Part shown: positions 7,852 through 17,726 of the stretch, piece after piece | Numbering within the stretch: position 1 is the first letter of the stretch | Layout: every line of letters starts with the position of its first letter | From: an uncultured Gammaproteobacteria bacterium | Lineage (GTDB): Bacteria > Pseudomonadota > Gammaproteobacteria > JACCXJ01 | Direction of reading: 5' to 3' | DNA length: 64,000 bases | Assembly (NCBI GenBank): GCA_963764725.1 | Contig: CAVXTM010000009.1 | Coordinates: forward strand, 106,867-170,866 | Position numbers and translations under genes: made by a program | The notes under the pieces: model-generated | Database searches by the model: none | What the model saw: the letters and a program-made list of their open reading frames with translations, nothing else | Told to the model about the DNA's origin: nothing

Positions 7852-10794
7852 TTAAAACGCTTCGTCCCGTTCGGCGCCGGGGCGCGGTTTCCATTGCAGC
7901 GAGTAATACCTTCCCCGGTCGCGAGCCCAAGGATCGAAGGCATTCACGACCGAGTCCAGCTCGGCGGCCAATTCCGGTACGGTTCGTAACAGCACGCGCT
8001 TGAGCGGAGAGACTTCCTGCGCGTGGCCGTTCGGGAGCCCTTTTTCCATCACCTTCCCATTCGGACCGTTGTCGTTGATCCAAGCGATCCCCAGCGTGGA
8101 ATAGAACTCCGGCCGGAAGCTCGAGGTAAAGAAGCGATCGCTGAATAGACGGCGCGACGCATTGAGGATAAAGACCTGAAACTGCGTTTCGGATATCGCA
8201 AAGCCGTGGGGACGCGTGCGCTCGGCCAGCCATCCGACGACGGTGTCGAGATCCTCGATATTATCCACCAGCGAGCCGTCCGGGTGTCCTAGGCAATCGT
8301 TGAACGGAGAGCCGTCGGCGTTGAGCTGCGCATCCGTGATCACTTTCGAAGCGTCGCATCGATGCTGCCCATACACTTCCCTCAATGCCTTCACGAGATC
8401 CTCTTGTTCAACCCGCTCGGGCAAATCCGCGGAAAGGTTTTGACCTACAAAGTCATCGAAGCCCGTTAGGGTCTTGAGACCGTACTGGCGGCGGAATTCG
8501 TTAAATCGCGGTACTCCGCGTTCGCGATCCCGGATCAAGTCCAAGGCGGCTACATCGATCTTGCCGGTCGCGGTATGGAGCCGCGGCATCGGCAGGTTCT
8601 GCAGAAACCGCGCGTGATTTTGCAACCACAATAGCCCTAAGCGTTGCCGTCCCATGCTGATCGCCCAATTGGCGAGCCCGCGGCTCCTCATCTCGTGCGT
8701 CGCCTTCCCGCGGAAGGTATTTATCACGGGAACCTTGTGCCGGATGGTGTTCGGATCCCTGTCCCATTCCCGATACTCGACCAGATCCGGAACCATGGGA
8801 TGTAAGCGATAGACGGTGGTGAATTCTTCCGGAAAGTTGAACGGCGATCCGAAGTGATTGATGCCTCCGTTCACATGCTCCGGATTGCGCAAATCCCAGA
8901 CATCCCGTTTGGAAACCTTGGATTCATAGATTCGATTCCCGAGCCCGACTATTCCCGGTCCGGAGGCAAACACGGAGTACCAGCCGGCTTTGCCTGAGTC
9001 GCTCGTTCGCGCGAGCTTGCCGAGGACCCGTCTCAAGGCGTCCGCGACGAGCTCGTGATCACTGAACAAACCAAACCAATTCGAGTTCATGCCGAGATAA
9101 AGTGGTTCGTCATAAAGCAATTGCGTGGTCCATTCGACGGTATGGATCTTGGCGATCTCCGCGGCAACGACGAGCCGGGCAATCTCGAACAGCTCGTTTG
9201 CACTCACGTCTTTATATTGAATTATCGCATCCGGTTTGTCGGGGTTTCTGAGCCCCGAATCGGCACCCGGCGTTTCCGCCGCCCGGTTTCTGAATTCATC
9301 GACGAAGGCGTTATGCTCGCGTGCGAACACATTATGGTAAAAGCTCAGGCCGATGTTCCAGTTGTCGGGGAAGCCGGTCGCTTCTTGGCCGCTCCACGCG
9401 GGGTTGATCGGATCAGCCGCACAGCCATCTGTGTCTGAGATTATTTTGGGGCAGATTATGAATGAGGGAAGATAGCCCAATCGTTCCGCCGGTCTGTTCC
9501 CAAACCGCAGAAGTAACAATTTGGCTTTATCGGCGGGGTCGCGCTTTACCCGCTGCAGCGATACTTCATCGTAGCCATAGAGTTGCGAGCCATCCCACCA
9601 TGCCGTCACGGTGTTCGCGGCGGTCTTGTGAGCTCTGGCCAGATACTCCTTGTCTTGATAAATGAATCGGCGTGGTTCATCGGTTTTCGCATAATAGGCC
9701 TGATCGATTTTATCCCCGGGGCGGCATTCGAGATCTCGAATGGCCTCGGGCGAGAGTGGCTTTTCCTCATTGTTTACGCGTTGCGTTGTGCACCCCATGC
9801 CGATCATGGCCGCGTCGTTATGCCCCTCGCTGAGGTGCGAAAACCAGTCATGGGTCATGAACTGGATCCAAAAAGCCGCGAGCACATTGAAGAAAGGCGC
9901 CGGTTTGTAATCGCATTGCGCGTCCTTGGAATCACCCGGCAGCCCGAATCCTTCATTGCATTTTGCAGGGTTGGATTGCTTGCGGGAAAATAGCTTTCTG
10001 CTGATGACCTGAGGGTCCGGTTTCAATAAGCTTAGGCGATCGCCGTGGCGGTTCCGAACCAGCTCCGTTTTGCCTAGGTCCGGGAAAGTGGATTCGAACG
10101 GCACATTGCGCGCAAACGGCTGATTCGTCGATCCCATGAGCGGATTGCGAAGGTCATTGCAGATCCCGGTCAGCGTTCGGTAGCGGATGAGCTCACCCTG
10201 ACAAAGTTGCTCACCGTCCCCGCCCACGTCCCGATAATTGGGATGATCGCTTGGCAGGCGCATCTCTTCCCAGATCTTAAGCACCCGTCCGTCGAAACCG
10301 TCGCGCCCTTTGACGTAATCTTCATAGGTCTGGTTGTCAAAGAGATTGAACTTGATGAGCTCCACGCGTTGATACTCTAAATCGATCAACGCCCCATCGA
10401 CGCCTCTTCCGTTCGCTTGCAAGTGCTGGCCGACTCCTGTGACGGCATCTCTTCCTGGTGCCTTGGTGGCCTCATCGCCCGTGGCCCAGTAAGTTTGCCA
10501 ATCCACCCAAGGCGTCGCCCTGTGCGCGAGGGTTTTTTCGCCGCCTCTGCAGTTGCCGGTCTCCTTTGCCACCTTTCCGAGAAACCGCAGCATGCGGTCT
10601 TCCGCGATTGGGCGAAATCCGTCCGCCGCGACTCTTGCGCAATCCCGAAGCGCTTCCAATCGCTGCGCTAAGGAATCCGCCGCTGCGCCGTCCCATCTGG
10701 TAAGCGCGAGCACCGCGACGAGCAAACGCGACCTCATTGTTCGCGCGCATCCCACGCGACGCCGAGTCGCGCCAGCGATTCCGATACAGGCCAT
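7852..10794 (-). CDS. Peroxidase-cyclooxygenase superfamily heme enzyme, alpha-dioxygenase/PIOX-like, probably exported
   Basis: FWIQFMTHDWF, TAWWDGSQLYG, AKIHTVEWT, EEFTTVYRLHP, RDRERGVPRFNEFRR. Start at 10794 or 10737. Confidence 0.88.
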   Translation of the reverse strand: MACIGIAGATRRRVGCARTMRSRLLVAVLALTRWDGAAADSLAQRLEALRDCARVAADGFRPIAEDRMLRFLGKVAKETGNCRGGEKTLAHRATPWVDWQTYWATGDEATKAPGRDAVTGVGQHLQANGRGVDGALIDLEYQRVELIKFNLFDNQTYEDYVKGRDGFDGRVLKIWEEMRLPSDHPNYRDVGGDGEQLCQGELIRYRTLTGICNDLRNPLMGSTNQPFARNVPFESTFPDLGKTELVRNRHGDRLSLLKPDPQVISRKLFSRKQSNPAKCNEGFGLPGDSKDAQCDYKPAPFFNVLAAFWIQFMTHDWFSHLSEGHNDAAMIGMGCTTQRVNNEEKPLSPEAIRDLECRPGDKIDQAYYAKTDEPRRFIYQDKEYLARAHKTAANTVTAWWDGSQLYGYDEVSLQRVKRDPADKAKLLLLRFGNRPAERLGYLPSFIICPKIISDTDGCAADPINPAWSGQEATGFPDNWNIGLSFYHNVFAREHNAFVDEFRNRAAETPGADSGLRNPDKPDAIIQYKDVSANELFEIARLVVAAEIAKIHTVEWTTQLLYDEPLYLGMNSNWFGLFSDHELVADALRRVLGKLARTSDSGKAGWYSVFASGPGIVGLGNRIYESKVSKRDVWDLRNPEHVNGGINHFGSPFNFPEEFTTVYRLHPMVPDLVEYREWDRDPNTIRHKVPVINTFRGKATHEMRSRGLANWAISMGRQRLGLLWLQNHARFLQNLPMPRLHTATGKIDVAALDLIRDRERGVPRFNEFRRQYGLKTLTGFDDFVGQNLSADLPERVEQEDLVKALREVYGQHRCDASKVITDAQLNADGSPFNDCLGHPDGSLVDNIEDLDTVVGWLAERTRPHGFAISETQFQVFILNASRRLFSDRFFTSSFRPEFYSTLGIAWINDNGPNGKVMEKGLPNGHAQEVSPLKRVLLRTVPELAAELDSVVNAFDPWARDRGRYYSLQWKPRPGAERDEAF

Positions 10795-10860
10795 ACCGGG
10801 CCCGTCCGTGTACAAGCGGAGCGTAGGCACACGCCTGGCCTGTTGAAACGCCTGAGTCGC

Positions 10861-11532
10861 CTAAAACAGGGCCCCAGCCGCGCCACGAAAATCGGTTGGA
10901 GCCGGTTGGCCTCTCTTCCGTGCCTTTTCTCGTGCTATCTCGTGATTCATGTCGGCAGGGATGAACTGGACCTTCTTGCCCAATCGCTTTGCTGCAACCA
11001 GCTCATCTCTGGACACCTCCCCTCCGCCGATTGCAACTATTACGTCACTGTTTTCGACCATGGCTGTCGAGGTCGGGGACAGTCGCTCGGTGCCCGGCGT
11101 GAACCCGCCCCAGGTCGCATCTCTTACGTAGAAGACAACGTTGACGCAGGGGGATAGCTTGACGTTGTTTTCCTTCACTTGGGTCGAGACGATACCCGTG
11201 GTCAGAAATCCCTTTCGCTTTGCTGTCTCGTACACGGTGCCCATACCCTCGGGAGTGGCTCCAATGTTCACGATCGTGGCTCTCGGGTCAAACTCGTCGA
11301 GGATTCGGATCGCTTGCTCGAGCATCGCTGTCTTGTTCTCATACTCGGCGGCTGAGTAGCCCAAGAAGGTCAGAACTTTCATTTCCTTGCCCTTGAAGAA
11401 GGAGCGGATCTCTTCAGGGGTTGCCTCTCTAATAGTCGACGGCTGGTCGCAGCTCTGCGCAATGCGTGCGAACAGCAACGCAAGCAAGGCCACATAAAAA
11501 GCGATATGCCACCTCAACTTTGCATGCTCCAT
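10861..11532 (-). CDS. Exported SLOG/LOG-like Rossmann-fold protein
   Basis: Hydrophobic N-terminus; VLTFLGYS, NIGATPEGMG...TGIVS, MVENSDVIVAIGGGEVSRDE. Confidence 0.55.
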   Translation of the reverse strand: MEHAKLRWHIAFYVALLALLFARIAQSCDQPSTIREATPEEIRSFFKGKEMKVLTFLGYSAAEYENKTAMLEQAIRILDEFDPRATIVNIGATPEGMGTVYETAKRKGFLTTGIVSTQVKENNVKLSPCVNVVFYVRDATWGGFTPGTERLSPTSTAMVENSDVIVAIGGGEVSRDELVAAKRLGKKVQFIPADMNHEIAREKARKRGQPAPTDFRGAAGALF

Positions 11533-11864
11533 GATCGTGATTCCTTCTTTCCGCTAAAAGCCGTGGCCCCGGCGCTGCACGCCGACCAATGACTCACGCT
11601 GAGGGGGCGCCACGCTTTTTGCGGTATCTCTCAATAGCAGACCCCGCGCGCCCGTCCGCTGATCGGGATTGCCTGGTTCCGGCTTGAACCCCTCGAAGTG
11701 CCGGGGAATGTCCTTAGCCGGGCGATAGGATCGCCTTGTTCGCACAATCTGAATCGCTTTTCACAATTGAGCATCGTGGAACCTCATTGAATAAAATGGA
11801 TATAACTTGCTATCGTTGCGATTGTAAGAATTGATATAATTTCAATATAACTGTATGATTATAT

Positions 11865-11941
11865 TGGCGCCCTGGGCCGGACTCGAACCGGCGACCTCCC
11901 GCTTAGGAGGCGGACGCTCTATCCACCTGAGCTACCAGGGC
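11865..11941 (-). tRNA. tRNA-Arg(CCT)
   Basis: GCCCTGG/CCAGGGC acceptor stem, GCTC/GAGC D-arm, anticodon loop CT-CCT-AA, GGTTCGAGTCC T-arm, encoded CCA; 77 nt. Confidence 0.97.
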
Positions 11942-12116
11942 GAGACAAACCCATCTTACTACAAAGACTGGGCGGAAAGGTTTTCAGAGAGGCGGCAGAA
12001 ATCGTACGGGACACCTCCCTAGCATTAGCGCGGAAATTTGCCTTCACTCGTTTTTACTCTTGACAGCATCCCAGTTTACCGGTGTACTAGTAAGGACTCC
12101 TAATAAAATAATATCA

Positions 12117-12782
12117 ATGGCGGCAACGATTTTCGATGGGATCAGCGACCCGATGCCCCAGCGTTTGATATCGGGCTTAGCGAAGATCGGGCTTGCTCTC
12201 AAAAGCCATGCGTGGAAGGACGCCGGGAGCCAAGGTCTGACGCCGACGCAGGGGGCGATCCTTGCGCTTCTGTACGCGAAGGGGAGGGGTGAGTGGAGAC
12301 TGTTTTCTATTTCTAGAGCACTGGCGGTAAGCGCCCCGACGGCAAGCGAGGCGGTGACCGCGTTAGTCCGCAAGGGACTGGTTAGCAAAGGGCGAGCGGC
12401 GACTGACCAGCGGGCGCTGCTTGTTCAGTTAACGCCCAGGGGACGCGCTGAGGCGGAACGCACGGCCCATTGGCCAGATTTTTTGATCAGTGCTGTCGAT
12501 GAACTGTCGCCGGTGGAACAAGAGGTATTTTGTCGCGGGCTGATCAAGATGATCCACGCCTTGCAGGAGCGGGGCGAGGTCCCAATTTCGCGCATGTGTG
12601 TGACGTGCCGGCATTTCCGCCCAAGTGTGTACGACGATCCGGATACTCCGCATCATTGCGCCTTTGTAAACGCGGGGTTTGGCGAGCGCCACTTGCGGTT
12701 CGATTGCCCCGAACACGACACGGCCCCCTTGGAACTGCGGCAAGAGAATTGGAACCGGTTTATTGATACCCATGGCGTTTAG
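12117..12782 (+). CDS. MarR-family regulator with Cys/His-rich C-terminal domain
   Basis: GLTPTQGAIL...PTASEAVTALVRKGLV...DQRALLVQLTPRG; C-terminal CVTC...HHC...DCPEH. Confidence 0.88.
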   Translation: MAATIFDGISDPMPQRLISGLAKIGLALKSHAWKDAGSQGLTPTQGAILALLYAKGRGEWRLFSISRALAVSAPTASEAVTALVRKGLVSKGRAATDQRALLVQLTPRGRAEAERTAHWPDFLISAVDELSPVEQEVFCRGLIKMIHALQERGEVPISRMCVTCRHFRPSVYDDPDTPHHCAFVNAGFGERHLRFDCPEHDTAPLELRQENWNRFIDTHGV

Positions 12783-13013
12783 CAGGGAGATCACACAATC
12801 CGGCCGCAACACCCCGGGTGCTTGCGCGGTGCGCGAATGTTTCCTAGGCTTACGACGCCGATTCGTTTCGCCGAAGCAGGAGGGAGCGTACTCAGATCAC
12901 GCATTGCGATTCATCGTTTCGGCTGATCGTGATCGTAGCTTTGCCGGTCCAAAGTGGTTACCTACATAGCTTCAAGCAGCGATTCCAGCCAATTGAGTAG
13001 ATGCCAGAATCGG

Positions 13014-13859
13014 GTGAAACTGAACGTCGATCAATTCAGGGCTTGGGAGAACAAGAGCGTTACGCTTCTCGGCATGTCTGGTGTCGGCAAGACGCATCTC
13101 GCGAATATTCTCAGAAGCAGTCATTGGTTTCACTATTCCGGTGATTATCGCATCGGTACCCGGTATTTGGGCGAAGCGATCCTCGACAATATCAAGCAGC
13201 AAGCCATGCAGATTCCGTTTTTGCGGGAGCTGTTTCGCGCTGACTCTATCTACATCTGCAATAACATTACGGTGGAAAATCTAAAACCCGTCTCCACCTT
13301 CCTTGGGAAGCTCGGGAATCCCGAGGCAGGTGGCTTGGGGCTCACCGAGTTTAAGCGCCGTCAGGCTCTCCACCACGAAGCGGAAATTGCGGCAATGAAG
13401 GATGTGCCCGTATTCATTCGCAAGGCGAAGGAGATTTACGGCTACCGGCATTTCGTCAACGATGCGGGCGGCAGCGTATGTGAGCTCGATGATCACGGCG
13501 TGCTGGACACCCTCGCCAAGCATACGGTGGTGCTGTATATCGAAGCAACCGAAGTTGACGAGCAGGCATTGATCCGGCGCGCTGATGAAAATCCAAAACC
13601 ACTGTATTACCGGGGTGTTTTTTTGGATGAGCAGCTCGCTGTGTTCAAGCGGGAACGCAAACTCGCTTACGTCGCGCTCATCAATCCGGATGAATTCGTG
13701 CGCTGGATTTTCCCCAGGTTATTCTACGCGCGCATCCCTCGGTATCAGGCGATCGCCAAAAGGTACGGTTACACCGTCACAACGGCGGAGATTGCCCAGA
13801 TCCAAAGCGAGGCCGATTTTCTCCACCTCGTCGAGACCGTGATCGCCCGCGAGTCCTAA
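13014..13859 (+). CDS. P-loop ATPase/kinase of unknown function, coupled to metA
   Basis: Walker A LLGMSGVGKT and DAGGS; ends 23 bp upstream of metA. Confidence 0.8.
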   Translation: MKLNVDQFRAWENKSVTLLGMSGVGKTHLANILRSSHWFHYSGDYRIGTRYLGEAILDNIKQQAMQIPFLRELFRADSIYICNNITVENLKPVSTFLGKLGNPEAGGLGLTEFKRRQALHHEAEIAAMKDVPVFIRKAKEIYGYRHFVNDAGGSVCELDDHGVLDTLAKHTVVLYIEATEVDEQALIRRADENPKPLYYRGVFLDEQLAVFKRERKLAYVALINPDEFVRWIFPRLFYARIPRYQAIAKRYGYTVTTAEIAQIQSEADFLHLVETVIARES

Positions 13860-13882
13860 GAGGTTCGGAGGGAAGACCGGTC

Positions 13883-15016
13883 ATGCCCCTCGTTGCAAAT
13901 TCGGACCTACCGGCGTTCGCGGATCTGCGGCAGGAGGGCGAGACGGTGATCTCGAACGACATCGCCCTGCATCAAGACATCCGCGAGCTGCACATCGGGC
14001 TGCTCAATATGATGCCGGACAAAGCGCTAGAAGCTACCGAGCGGCAGTTTTTGCGGCTGGTCGGGGAAAGCAACCAGATCGCACAGTTTTACGTTCATCC
14101 GTTTACGATCGAGGAGCTAACACGCGGGCCCAATGCCCGTGCTCACATTGCGCGGTATTACGAGACCTTTGATGATATCAAGGAAGCCGGGCTCGATGCG
14201 CTCATCATCACCGGCGCTAACGTGACGCAACCGGATCTCGCGTTCGAACCTTTTTGGCAGCCCTTGATCGCGATCATCGATTGGGCATATGAAAACGTGA
14301 CCTCAACCCTTTGTTCCTGCCTTGCCACCCATGCCGTGCTGCAGTTCCGTCACGGCAAGAAGCGCCGGCGTTTGAAATGCAAGCGCTGGGGGGTGTATTC
14401 CCATTACATCACGGACGGCCGGCATCCGCTCATTTCTGGCGTCAATACGCGCTTCGACGTGCCGCACTCGCGCTTCAACGAGATCGGTCGTGACCAGTTT
14501 GAATCCGCAGGGCTTTTGGCGCTCGTCGAAAGCGATGAGGCGGGCGTGCATATCGCAGTGAGTGAGGACGGTTTCCGTATCGTGTTCTTTCAGGGCCATC
14601 CCGAATACGACACCGTCAGCTTGTTGAAAGAATACAAGCGCGAAGTGCTGCGTTTCGCGAATGCTGATGTCGATGAATACCCGCCCTTCCCGGTGAACTA
14701 TCTCACACCTTTGACCCAGGCGATCCTTGAGGAATACGGCGAAGAGGTCAAAACGGCGCGGGCGCGAGTTGCTCCGATTCCCCCAATGCCGGAACACATT
14801 ATCGTTCCTAATATCGACAATACCTGGCACGACACGGCGGAGGCCGTCATAAATAACTGGATCGGCAAGGTTTACCAAACGACCAGCCTCAATCGGCGCA
14901 AACCGTTCATGGAAGGCATCGATCCCAGCGATCCGCTCGGGGTACGCGCATCGATCGAAGCCGTACCATCGAAATTTCACCAAGAGGCGGGCGCTGCGTT
15001 TGCCCCGCGAGAGTAA
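13883..15016 (+). CDS. metA: Homoserine O-succinyl/acetyltransferase
   Basis: QDIRELHIGLLNMMPD, DALIITGA, SCLA nucleophile, PHSR, GHPEYD. Confidence 0.93.
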   Translation: MPLVANSDLPAFADLRQEGETVISNDIALHQDIRELHIGLLNMMPDKALEATERQFLRLVGESNQIAQFYVHPFTIEELTRGPNARAHIARYYETFDDIKEAGLDALIITGANVTQPDLAFEPFWQPLIAIIDWAYENVTSTLCSCLATHAVLQFRHGKKRRRLKCKRWGVYSHYITDGRHPLISGVNTRFDVPHSRFNEIGRDQFESAGLLALVESDEAGVHIAVSEDGFRIVFFQGHPEYDTVSLLKEYKREVLRFANADVDEYPPFPVNYLTPLTQAILEEYGEEVKTARARVAPIPPMPEHIIVPNIDNTWHDTAEAVINNWIGKVYQTTSLNRRKPFMEGIDPSDPLGVRASIEAVPSKFHQEAGAAFAPRE

Positions 15017-15043
15017 GGTGTAGACAAGACGTTCTCCCCCAGT

Positions 15044-15070
15044 TCAAGTAATACGCTTAGCATCCGATAC
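15044..15070 (+). promoter_or_regulatory. Putative sigma28 (FliA) promoter
   Basis: TCAAG-N14-TCCGATAC, 75 bp upstream of the HD-GYP gene. Confidence 0.55.
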
Positions 15071-15145
15071 AAAGAGGTCAAGCTTTACATTTCACTTCGT
15101 TGGGATTTTAACGCTTATCTCGTCACGCGCTGGGACTGTGTCGCG

Positions 15146-16519
15146 ATGGAATCAAAAATCAGCACTCAAAACCTGCAGCTCAACATGTTCGTCTCCCGGC
15201 TTGACCGTCCCTGGCTGGGAACGCCTTTCCCGATCGAAGGTGTGTGGCTTCAAGATCAGGCGACAATAAGTTTTCTGCAAGAACACTGTCAGTACGTATT
15301 CATCAGGACGGATAGGGTGCGCGAAGCGATCGCAAAGGATCCCGAGGGAGCTAGGGTCAGACGCGAACAGAATGCTGTGCTCGATCGGCTGCTATCGCCT
15401 AGCGGGTCGCCGATAGCTTCCTCTATATCTACATCGGTGCCTGCGCCGGTCCGTATTCCACCACCAGGAGGGACCTTCGGTAGCGCAGTGGAATTTCGGC
15501 CCGCGAAACCCACGTTTTATGAAGACCGGACGACGCTCGAAGAAGAATATAGCGGCGCACAAGGTGTGCGGCGCGAACTACGTGAATCGTTAAGCGAGCT
15601 CCTGGAGGACGTAAAATACGGAAAGGCGATCCACATCGTTGCCGTGAAAGCGGCGGTGCGCGGAATGATGGAAAGTATCCTGCGAAACCCGGACGGCGCG
15701 ATGTGGCTTCGGCTCATGAAAGACAAGAATAGCTATACCCATTATCACCACATTGACACCAGCGCGCTAGCTGTAGCCATGGGACGCCACTTGGGATTCT
15801 CGTCGGGTGAGATCTCCAACCTGGGCCTCGGTGCATTGCTGAGCAACATAGGCACCGCAAATCTCCCATCGGATCTACTAATAAGCTCGAATCAGCTTTC
15901 GGAGGAGGAGATTAGCCTGGTCAGGCGCCATGTGGAATCGGCCGTAACGCTTTTAACCAAAACTCCTGGCATCGCCAAGCAGGTTATCGACATCATTGCC
16001 TGCCGCCACGAGTGGTTTGGTGGTGGTGGTTATCCAAACAGGTTAGAGGGGCGGGCAATCCCGGTGTTTGCCCGAATGGTGGCAATCGCCGAGTGGTTTG
16101 ATGCATGCACGAGCGACCGGTTACATACGCCCGCGATTTCCCCGCACGCAGCGCTCCAACAGCTTTACCGACAGCGCAATACGCGCTTTCAACCCGAACT
16201 TGTAGAGCAGTTTATTCAAACGCTCGGGGTTTACCCGACCGGGACCCTCGTCGAGCTCACCACGGGCGAGGTCGGGGTCGTGATCAGCCAAAATCGCGTA
16301 CGCCAGCTTCGGCCCCGGATCATGCTCATGCTGGGATCGGACAAGTCACATTACAAATCGTACCCGATTGTCAACCTTTTCAAACAGGCGACGGATCAAT
16401 CGGGGAATCCCTTGTCGATCGTGCGTGCGGTAGACCCCGTTCAGTACGGCATCGAAACGCAGCAATTCTTCCTCTCGTCCGTCTGTTCAAAGTTATTGGG
16501 TCATCCCCGAGGTAAGTGA
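15146..16519 (+). CDS. DUF3391 + HD-GYP domain protein, catalytically degenerate
   Basis: MFVSRLDRPWLGTPF N-domain, GYP loop and LGVYPTGTLVEL. HD is replaced by SN. Confidence 0.85.
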   Translation: MESKISTQNLQLNMFVSRLDRPWLGTPFPIEGVWLQDQATISFLQEHCQYVFIRTDRVREAIAKDPEGARVRREQNAVLDRLLSPSGSPIASSISTSVPAPVRIPPPGGTFGSAVEFRPAKPTFYEDRTTLEEEYSGAQGVRRELRESLSELLEDVKYGKAIHIVAVKAAVRGMMESILRNPDGAMWLRLMKDKNSYTHYHHIDTSALAVAMGRHLGFSSGEISNLGLGALLSNIGTANLPSDLLISSNQLSEEEISLVRRHVESAVTLLTKTPGIAKQVIDIIACRHEWFGGGGYPNRLEGRAIPVFARMVAIAEWFDACTSDRLHTPAISPHAALQQLYRQRNTRFQPELVEQFIQTLGVYPTGTLVELTTGEVGVVISQNRVRQLRPRIMLMLGSDKSHYKSYPIVNLFKQATDQSGNPLSIVRAVDPVQYGIETQQFFLSSVCSKLLGHPRGK

Positions 16520-16564
16520 CCGAAGCGCTGAACCCTATAGCCGCGCGCAGGTTCCCAAGACCGT

Positions 16565-17206
16565 TTATCGCACGCCGCAAACCACGATCGTCTTCCCTTT
16601 TACCCGAATCAGATCCTGTTGCGTGAAGATCTTTAATATCCGTCCGACAACCTCCCGTGAACAGCCGACGATACGGCCGAGTTCTCGACGCGTAACGCTG
16701 ATCTGCATCCCATCGGGATGCGTCATCGCATCGGGTTCCTTGCAAAGATCTAACAGGGTCCTAGCGATGCGGCCAGAAACATCCAGAAAAGCCAGATCTC
16801 GTACCTTGCGGTTAGTTTTCAAGAGCCGCGTGGCTATTTGCGTCGCCAGCAAGTGTACGATGTGAGGGTAGATCGCTGGAAGATTACGCAGGCGGTCATA
16901 GCTGATATGCGCCACTTCGCACTTTGTTTTTGCCCGAACAAACGCGGTCCGCTTTATGTTCTCGACGAAAAGCCCGGTTTCCCCAAAGAACTGGCCGGAA
17001 TTCAGGTAAGCAAGAACGATTTCGTGCCCACTATCATCCTCCAGTATCACGGTTACAGACCCCTTGATAACGTACAGTAGTTCGTCGGCCGGATCCCCGC
17101 GTGTTATGATGAGCGCTTTGGCGGAATACTGCGCGCGACGGCAGTGGCCTAGAAACTCTTCTAGCAGTGGATCACTAGTACGCTTAATGGGACCGAGGAT
17201 CGACAA
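16565..17206 (-). CDS. crp: cAMP receptor protein (Crp/Vfr)
   Basis: GQFFGETGLF, RTAFVRAK, LAFLDVSGRIA, HPDGMQISVTRRELGRIVGCSRE. Confidence 0.95.
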   Translation of the reverse strand: MSILGPIKRTSDPLLEEFLGHCRRAQYSAKALIITRGDPADELLYVIKGSVTVILEDDSGHEIVLAYLNSGQFFGETGLFVENIKRTAFVRAKTKCEVAHISYDRLRNLPAIYPHIVHLLATQIATRLLKTNRKVRDLAFLDVSGRIARTLLDLCKEPDAMTHPDGMQISVTRRELGRIVGCSREVVGRILKIFTQQDLIRVKGKTIVVCGVR

Positions 17207-17306
17207 GGGTTACCTCACGGTATACGATACGCTCGAAGATTGTTTAGCAAGGGGGCGTGTAAGGGTGTAACCGCGTAAAACGGTTTTAGGCAGAGTTATA
17301 AGCACC

Positions 17307-17726
17307 ATGCGTGCGGTTATCAGATGGACGGAAGATGCCTTGTTCGTGGCCGAATCGGGCAGCGGCCACACCGTCGTAATGGACGGCCCGCCAGAGTTCG
17401 GCGGCCGAAATGTCGGCATTCGGCCAATGGAGATGCTGTTACTGGGCATGGGAGGCTGCACGGCCTACGATGTGGTGTCAATACTACGGAAGGCTCGGCA
17501 AGACGTTAGGTATTGTAGAGTTGAGATCGAAGCCAAGCGCGCAGATAGCCCACCACAAGTATTTACTTCGATCCACGTGCATTTCCTCGTGCGTGGAAAA
17601 CGATTATCGCCACAGCAAGTTGAGCGAGCTATTCGGCTGTCAGCGGAGAGGTACTGCTCGGCCTCGATAATGCTCGGAAAGACAGCTGATATTACCCACG
17701 AATTTGACATTGTCGAAGCCGACTAA
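17307..17726 (+). CDS. yhfA: OsmC-family protein (YhfA-like)
   Basis: RPMEMLLLGMGGCTAYDVV...SAERYCSASIML; divergent from crp. Confidence 0.88.
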   Translation: MRAVIRWTEDALFVAESGSGHTVVMDGPPEFGGRNVGIRPMEMLLLGMGGCTAYDVVSILRKARQDVRYCRVEIEAKRADSPPQVFTSIHVHFLVRGKRLSPQQVERAIRLSAERYCSASIMLGKTADITHEFDIVEAD

